Assembly: GCA_035483835.1 (NCBI GenBank)
Contig: DATHPO010000090.1
Coordinates: forward strand, 1,924-65,923
Direction of reading: 5' to 3'
From: Terriglobales bacterium
Lineage (GTDB): Bacteria; Acidobacteriota; Terriglobia; Terriglobales; Acidobacteriaceae
DNA: 64,000 nt
Shown: one piece after another, positions 59,419-64,000 of the stretch
How positions within the stretch are numbered: the first letter of the stretch is position 1
Layout: every line of letters begins with the position of its first letter
Translations under genes and position numbers: made by a program
Notes under the pieces: model-generated
The model's input: the letters and a program-made list of their open reading frames with translations, nothing else
Told to the model about the DNA's origin: nothing
Databases searched by the model: none

Positions 59419-59463
59419 ACTCTTATGCATGAGGAGAGTGGAAGCAATTAGGGAAATCCCTAA
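59419..59463 (-). promoter_or_regulatory. palindrome motif TTAGGGATTTCCCTAA + TTGCTT-N16/17-TAAGAGT, upstream of porin-glsA-porin operon
   Basis: Located about 100 nt upstream of the ATG at 59352. Confidence 0.45.
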
Positions 59464-59627
59464 GTATTGAAACCAAACCTCTGGGCGCTGGCGCCGGTCC
59501 TCGAATGGATTCCAGGACGCGTCAACGTTGTCACGAAAAGTGTCAGATTGCGTTTGTGCTAGTTGGCTTTGGAGGGATACAATCTGGAGCACAAGTTTGC
59601 TCACAAAGGGACGAGGCCCTCGGCGAC

Positions 59628-61517
59628 ATGCTTACCCTCTTCCGTCGCTGCCTTTTGGGGCAGGCTGCGACGAAGAATCCTCGAGTTGTCGGTTATGCCA
59701 TCCGACGGAGTGCGCTAATCCGTGTGGCGCTTCGGTCGGTAAAAATGATTCTCGTCCTCTTCACGTTGTGTGTCCTGTTTCAACCTAGAGCCAATCCTCA
59801 AGTCAAGGAAGTGAAGAGAGTTTTGGTTTTCTACGAATTGGGTCTTTCTTCTCCGGCCGTCACGCTGATTGATCACGAAATGCTGGCGACGCTGGAAGAT
59901 TCACGCTACCAGATCGAGTTATATCGCGAGCACCTCGAGACGACCCTTTTCGACGATGCAGCGGCTCAGGAGTCGTTACGGCAGTGGTATATTCACAAAT
60001 ATCAAGATCACATACCAGACCTGATCATCGCGCTTGGACCTTCGCCACTTCACTTCATGGTCGACGCGCACGAAATTTTTTTTTCAGGCATTCCGATTGT
60101 CTTTGGTGGCACCAGTGAACCACAGGCGGACAACCCAACGCTCGATTCCCACTTCACCGGCTGCTGGGAGTCGTTTGAGCCGGCCAAGACTCTGGACGTG
60201 GCCTTGCGACTCCAGCCTGGCACGAATCACGTAGTGGTGGTCGGCGGGATTTTGTCTTACGACAAACATCTGGAAGCAATTTATCGAGAGCAGCTTCATG
60301 GCTACGAATCCAGCCTGGAGTTTACCTATCTGACTGATCTCGACATGCCCAGCCTGCTCGAGCGATTGAAGCGCCTGCCCCCTCACACGATCGTGCTTTA
60401 CACTCACATCGGCATGGACGCAAAAGGGACCAAGTACGTCAGTGCATCCCAGGCAGGTCCGATGGTTGCTGGCGCCGCGAACGCCCCGGTCTTCGGTCCG
60501 TCGGATGTGGACCTGGGTCACGGGCAGGTCGGAGGCTATCTCCAGAGTTTCGCAATGGAAGGTAAGATCATCGGTGGTATTGCGGTAAGGATTCTCAATG
60601 GGGTAAGGCCCCAGGATGTGCCGATTGTTCGAGGCACAAATGCATACATGTTTGATTGGCGAGCGTTGCGGCGCTGGGGATTCAACGAAAACGATCTTCC
60701 AACCGGTAGCGTGGTGCTTTTCCGTTCGCCGTCGTTCTGGCAGCGCACCAAATGGATGTGGGTCGCTGCGTCACTCGCCACTCTCTTTCTAGGTCTCTGC
60801 GGCTTCTACCTCCGTTTCAGTTGGAGACAGTTGAAGCTGGCGAAAGACCGGCAACTGGGGCTCAGCGGCATGTTGATAACCGCTCAGGAAAAAGAGCGCA
60901 GTCGGCTGGCATCGGAAATCCATGACGATTTTAGTCAGCGTTTAGCGTTACTTGCACTCGGATTGGAGAATGCGGAAGAATCGATCGGCACTTCGCCGGG
61001 AGAGGCTGTCCAACAAGTACACGATCTCCTGAATTCAGCCAGCGAAATCGGCGCTGATCTCCACACGCTTTCGCACCGTCTGCATTCGTCCACGCTGGAG
61101 GCGTTGGGGCTTGTGCCCGGTTTGAGTGCTCTATGCAAGGAATTCGGCAGCCAACAGCGTATTGAAGTTGATTTTCTTCCTGAAGACATCCCTCGTTCCG
61201 TTCATCCAGATGTAGCGTTGTGCTTATTTCGCATCGTGCAGGAAGGTCTTCGTAATTTAAAGAAGCACAGCGGGGCCACCAAAGCACAAGTACGTCTGCG
61301 CAGGAGTGGCAACAAGCTAGTCGTGTCTGTAAACGACGAAGGTTTCGGGTTCGATGCCCGAGAGCTTGGGAAAAAGGAGGGTCTGGGCATCCGCAGCATG
61401 GAAGAGCGCGTTTACTTGTTGGGCGGACGATTCGAGATTCGTTCCAGACCTGGCAGGGGGACTAAGGTCGAAGCTTGGGTTCCCATTCAGCCGAAATCAG
61501 AGCGGGCGGCGGGATGA
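59628..61517 (+). CDS. sensor histidine kinase paralogue: periplasmic ABC-substrate-binding-like domain, TM, HisKA_3, HATPase (no PAS)
   Basis: Collinear with 26970-29261 (KEVKRVLVFYELG.., MFDWRALRRWGF.., H-box SEIHDDFSQRL). The start is uncertain (59628 or 59745). Confidence 0.8.
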   Translation: MLTLFRRCLLGQAATKNPRVVGYAIRRSALIRVALRSVKMILVLFTLCVLFQPRANPQVKEVKRVLVFYELGLSSPAVTLIDHEMLATLEDSRYQIELYREHLETTLFDDAAAQESLRQWYIHKYQDHIPDLIIALGPSPLHFMVDAHEIFFSGIPIVFGGTSEPQADNPTLDSHFTGCWESFEPAKTLDVALRLQPGTNHVVVVGGILSYDKHLEAIYREQLHGYESSLEFTYLTDLDMPSLLERLKRLPPHTIVLYTHIGMDAKGTKYVSASQAGPMVAGAANAPVFGPSDVDLGHGQVGGYLQSFAMEGKIIGGIAVRILNGVRPQDVPIVRGTNAYMFDWRALRRWGFNENDLPTGSVVLFRSPSFWQRTKWMWVAASLATLFLGLCGFYLRFSWRQLKLAKDRQLGLSGMLITAQEKERSRLASEIHDDFSQRLALLALGLENAEESIGTSPGEAVQQVHDLLNSASEIGADLHTLSHRLHSSTLEALGLVPGLSALCKEFGSQQRIEVDFLPEDIPRSVHPDVALCLFRIVQEGLRNLKKHSGATKAQVRLRRSGNKLVVSVNDEGFGFDARELGKKEGLGIRSMEERVYLLGGRFEIRSRPGRGTKVEAWVPIQPKSERAAG

Positions 61518-61596
61518 GCTCGCATCCGATGGATTGCGGCCCTAATCGCCGCAGGTCGAGGGGTCATTCCGAATCTCACCAGCGGGTCTTTGCAGC

Positions 61597-61641
61597 CTAG
61601 GGATTTCCCCAGTAGCAAGACCCCGCGCACTGCCTTAAGAA
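61597..61641 (+). promoter_or_regulatory. palindrome motif CTAGGGATTTCCCCAG + TAGCAA-N17-TAAGAA, upstream of receiver-only gene
   Basis: Occupies the same position relative to kinase and receiver as the 30892 copy. Confidence 0.5.
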
Positions 61642-61723
61642 TATTCCGAGCTTTGAAAACTGCGCCTTTGGGGTCCAACACCACGACAACGGGTTGTCTC
61701 TCTGCTGCGAACGGAGGCGAACA

Positions 61724-62119
61724 TTGATCCGACCACGCGTTTTGCTGGCGGATGACCATCCGGCCTTACTTGAAGCCACAACTGCGCTTTTGAATCGTCA
61801 GTTTGATGTCGTCGGAACCGCAACCGATGGTGCCACATTAGTCTCGGAGGCTCTCCGCCTTTGTCCCGACGTAATTGTGGCCGATATCACCATGCCGGTT
61901 TTGAGTGGAATCGACGCTGCCCATCGACTCCACGAGTCCGCCCCAACAGCCAAAATAGTGTTCCTGACCGTCCATTCGGAGGAGCAGTTCATGAAGGCAT
62001 GCATGGCAGAAGGCGCACTTGGATATGTCCTCAAGTCCCACATGAAGGCCCACTTGATTCCGGCAATACAAGCGGCCCTTGTCGGAGAGTCTTACATTTG
62101 TCCATTTGTGCCAAGGTAA
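61724..62119 (+). CDS. single-domain response regulator lacking HTH (paralogue of 31122-31529)
   Basis: TTG at 61724 is 6 nt after GGAGG (the ORF track starts at 61694). VLLADDH...DITMPVLSG...GYVLKSHM. Confidence 0.8.
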   Translation: MIRPRVLLADDHPALLEATTALLNRQFDVVGTATDGATLVSEALRLCPDVIVADITMPVLSGIDAAHRLHESAPTAKIVFLTVHSEEQFMKACMAEGALGYVLKSHMKAHLIPAIQAALVGESYICPFVPR

Positions 62120-62138
62120 TAGTCGCGTCGTCGTTCGT

Positions 62139-63470
62139 TTAGAAGACCACCTTGGCAAGCAAGAAACCAATAGACACGGATGAAACTGTAGCCACCATGC
62201 CTGGGAGCATGAAGCTATGATTCAGAACATACTTGCCAATACGCGTGGTGCCGGTCTGGTCGAAAGAAATGGCCGCCAACATTGTGGCGTAAGTCGGTAA
62301 AAAGAAATATCCGTTGACCGCTGGAAACATCGCGATCAAGGCCGGAGCGCCCAAACCTAGTCCCAAGGCAACCGGCATCAACGTGACCACGGTTGCTGCC
62401 TGGCTTGCCAGCAGGATGGACAACGCGAAGAGTCCCAAGGCGAAAACCCAAGGATGCTGTTGGACGACTCCGGAAATGCTTCCAACAATCAATTGCTTGT
62501 TGCCTTCGAAGAAAGATGATCCCAGCCAGCCTAGGCCGGCAATCGAAATGAGAGCAACCATGCCTGCACTCATGATGCTGGTCTTGATGGTTTCCGCGGC
62601 TGACGCGCGAAACAGCAACATATTTACGCCAGCCGCGGCAAACATCATCATCATGATCGCCGGAGCCATGTCCAACTGCTCGATGCTTTCTTGTCCACCG
62701 CTGACTGCTGTATACGTTGGCCGAAGTGAGGGCAAAAAGCCAAGAACGACCACGAGGACCGCCGCTAGAAGGAACACGATGACGGAGCCACGTGCGCGGC
62801 TTAGTTGCTGGCCCGTCAAGCTCACTGGAGAAATATCAAAACTGATCAATCCTTGTGCCAGGCGTTGCTTATAAATAGGATCGTCCTCTAATTCAGGCCC
62901 CTTCCGCAAAACCGCAAGCGCGCCAATTAAGCTGCCCAGTAGAGTTGCGGGTACACAAATCAGAAGAATCTGCTTCAGCTGTACGCCTTGTGGCGTGAGC
63001 AGTGCCAGCAAGGCCACAGTTGCAGCTGAGATGGGAGAGGCCGTGACCGCCTGTTGGGCTGCGATGGTTGCGATCGACAGAGGGCGTTCGGGGCGGACCC
63101 CCGCCTTGCGCGACACTTCAGCGATTACCGGCAGCAGCGCATAAACAATGTGAACTGTGCCTGCCGCGAAAGTGACGACGTAGGTGACCAGGGGAGCAAT
63201 GATCGTGATTCCACCGGGCCAGACACGAAGCGCACGGTCCGCCACGGCAGCCAGGTAATTCAAGCCTCCGGCGGCCTGCATGGTTGCAGCGGCGGTCACC
63301 ACGGCAACGATCATCCCAAGTACTGTCCGCGGGGGCATGCCGGGCGGAAGACCAAAGATGAATACCAAAACAACGAGACCAAGTCCCGCGACAGTGCCGA
63401 GCGCAATTCCTCCCACGCGTGCTCCCACGAGGATGCACGCCAGCAGGACACATAGCTCAATCCACACCAT
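62139..63470 (-). CDS. anaerobic C4-dicarboxylate transporter (DcuA/DcuB family)
   Basis: 443 aa, MVWIELCVLLACILVGARVGGIALG.. N-terminus and overall hydrophobic pattern typical of Dcu carriers. Downstream of ansB. Confidence 0.85.
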   Translation of the reverse strand: MVWIELCVLLACILVGARVGGIALGTVAGLGLVVLVFIFGLPPGMPPRTVLGMIVAVVTAAATMQAAGGLNYLAAVADRALRVWPGGITIIAPLVTYVVTFAAGTVHIVYALLPVIAEVSRKAGVRPERPLSIATIAAQQAVTASPISAATVALLALLTPQGVQLKQILLICVPATLLGSLIGALAVLRKGPELEDDPIYKQRLAQGLISFDISPVSLTGQQLSRARGSVIVFLLAAVLVVVLGFLPSLRPTYTAVSGGQESIEQLDMAPAIMMMMFAAAGVNMLLFRASAAETIKTSIMSAGMVALISIAGLGWLGSSFFEGNKQLIVGSISGVVQQHPWVFALGLFALSILLASQAATVVTLMPVALGLGLGAPALIAMFPAVNGYFFLPTYATMLAAISFDQTGTTRIGKYVLNHSFMLPGMVATVSSVSIGFLLAKVVF

Positions 63471-63523
63471 AATCTGCCACCTTTAGCGAGCTGCACCTTT
63501 CAAGTCTGCCCGAGGCGGCGAGA

Positions 63524-64000
63524 TCAGTACGCTTGGAACAGCTTCTGAATTTCCGTCGTTGTTCGCGGCTTGAGCAGCGCCAGCATCAACAAGATTCTCG
63601 ACTTTTGCGGATTGAGCTCATCGGAAGCGACGAAACCCAGTTCATCGTCGTTCACTTCAACATTACGCCCTACGGTGCCGGTTGCCACGCGGCTGCTCCT
63701 GACTATCACGACGCCTTGCTTCGCAACTTGCGCCGCAGCCTCGAGTGAGGCCTTGTTTACGTTGCCGTTGCCTACCCCGGCCAGAACAATGCCTTTCGCG
63801 CCATGATGTGCTGAATCCTCGATCAGATCGGGCGACATGTCGGCGCACGCAAAGAGAATGTCGACGCGAGGCAGTTTGGTCACGTTTGTGATATCGAATT
63901 CACTACCAACCGTGTGCTTCCATTGCGGATTGTTGTAGAAATCGTTCTTGCCGTAGGTAGCTACGCCCACCACGCCTCGTAAAGGAGACATGAACGTCTG
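63524..64000 (-). CDS. ansB: L-asparaginase type II, C-terminal part (5' end outside window)
   Basis: ..GIVLAGVGNGN...GVVIVRSSRVATGTV..ELNPQKSRILLMLAL.. asparaginase C-domain motifs. The frame is open to the window edge. Confidence 0.85.
   Translation of the reverse strand, partial: QTFMSPLRGVVGVATYGKNDFYNNPQWKHTVGSEFDITNVTKLPRVDILFACADMSPDLIEDSAHHGAKGIVLAGVGNGNVNKASLEAAAQVAKQGVVIVRSSRVATGTVGRNVEVNDDELGFVASDELNPQKSRILLMLALLKPRTTTEIQKLFQAY

Noticed and set aside
18746-61612. Reading the palindrome plus TTGC as a sigma54 -24/-12 promoter
   Set aside because: The GG and GC dinucleotides are separated by 12-13 nt, not the invariant 10. The real sigma54-type element at 5860-5876 looks quite different.
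18746-61612. Palindrome copies as REP/MITE-type mobile repeats
   Set aside because: No sequence similarity extends beyond about 22 nt and no target-site duplications are visible. Copies sit upstream of genes rather than downstream, in a fixed orientation and at a fixed distance from -10-like boxes. The convergent pair at 34299/34527 is the only MITE-like arrangement and is reported separately.
1-64000. CRISPR arrays, rRNA genes, intact transposases, and toxin-antitoxin or known defence-system genes
   Set aside because: I found no regularly spaced direct repeats, no rRNA-like sequence, and no ORF with transposase, nuclease-helicase or defence-type motifs. The only mobile-element trace is the integrase relic.

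Overview
The window reads as a moderately GC-rich chromosomal segment. I infer an Acidobacteriota-like origin from a CarboxypepD_reg-type TonB receptor, sensor kinases with periplasmic ABC-substrate-binding-like domains, many NarL/LuxR regulators and DUF3300/DUF2950 genes. I support about 55 protein genes. These include a sigma54 two-component operon, transporters, three NarL-type regulators, three HTH-less receivers and two paralogous sensor kinases. Also present are an MFS-pta-ackA-pflB-pflA operon, ppk2, phosphoketolase, a porin-glutaminase-porin-amidohydrolase operon, and dcu plus a partial ansB. There is one tRNA-Leu(CAA), followed by a frameshifted, truncated integrase relic. I saw no rRNA, CRISPR array, intact mobile element or recognisable defence system. 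The strongest unexplained signal is a directional 16-nt palindrome, YTAGGGATTTCCCYAG. It occurs 15 times, plus 2 half copies, only in intergenic DNA and always points at the adjacent gene. It is usually fused to a TTGCnn -35-like box with a TAnnnT box 17-18 nt downstream. The genes behind it (fermentation, energy and envelope functions) suggest one regulon with an unidentified activator. Other observations:
- A 39-nt copy of the tRNA-Leu 5' half lies 9.8 kb upstream of the intact gene.
- A truncated ompA-like paralogue sits in a patchwork of gene relics.
- One nonsense-disrupted gene and two frameshift-disrupted genes, in addition to the integrase relic.
- A ZraPSR-like sigma54 module.
- Two secreted proteins share a GGGRRR C-terminus.
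All function calls come from motif recognition by eye, and no database search was possible. Start codons were chosen by RBS and signal-peptide logic and may be off.
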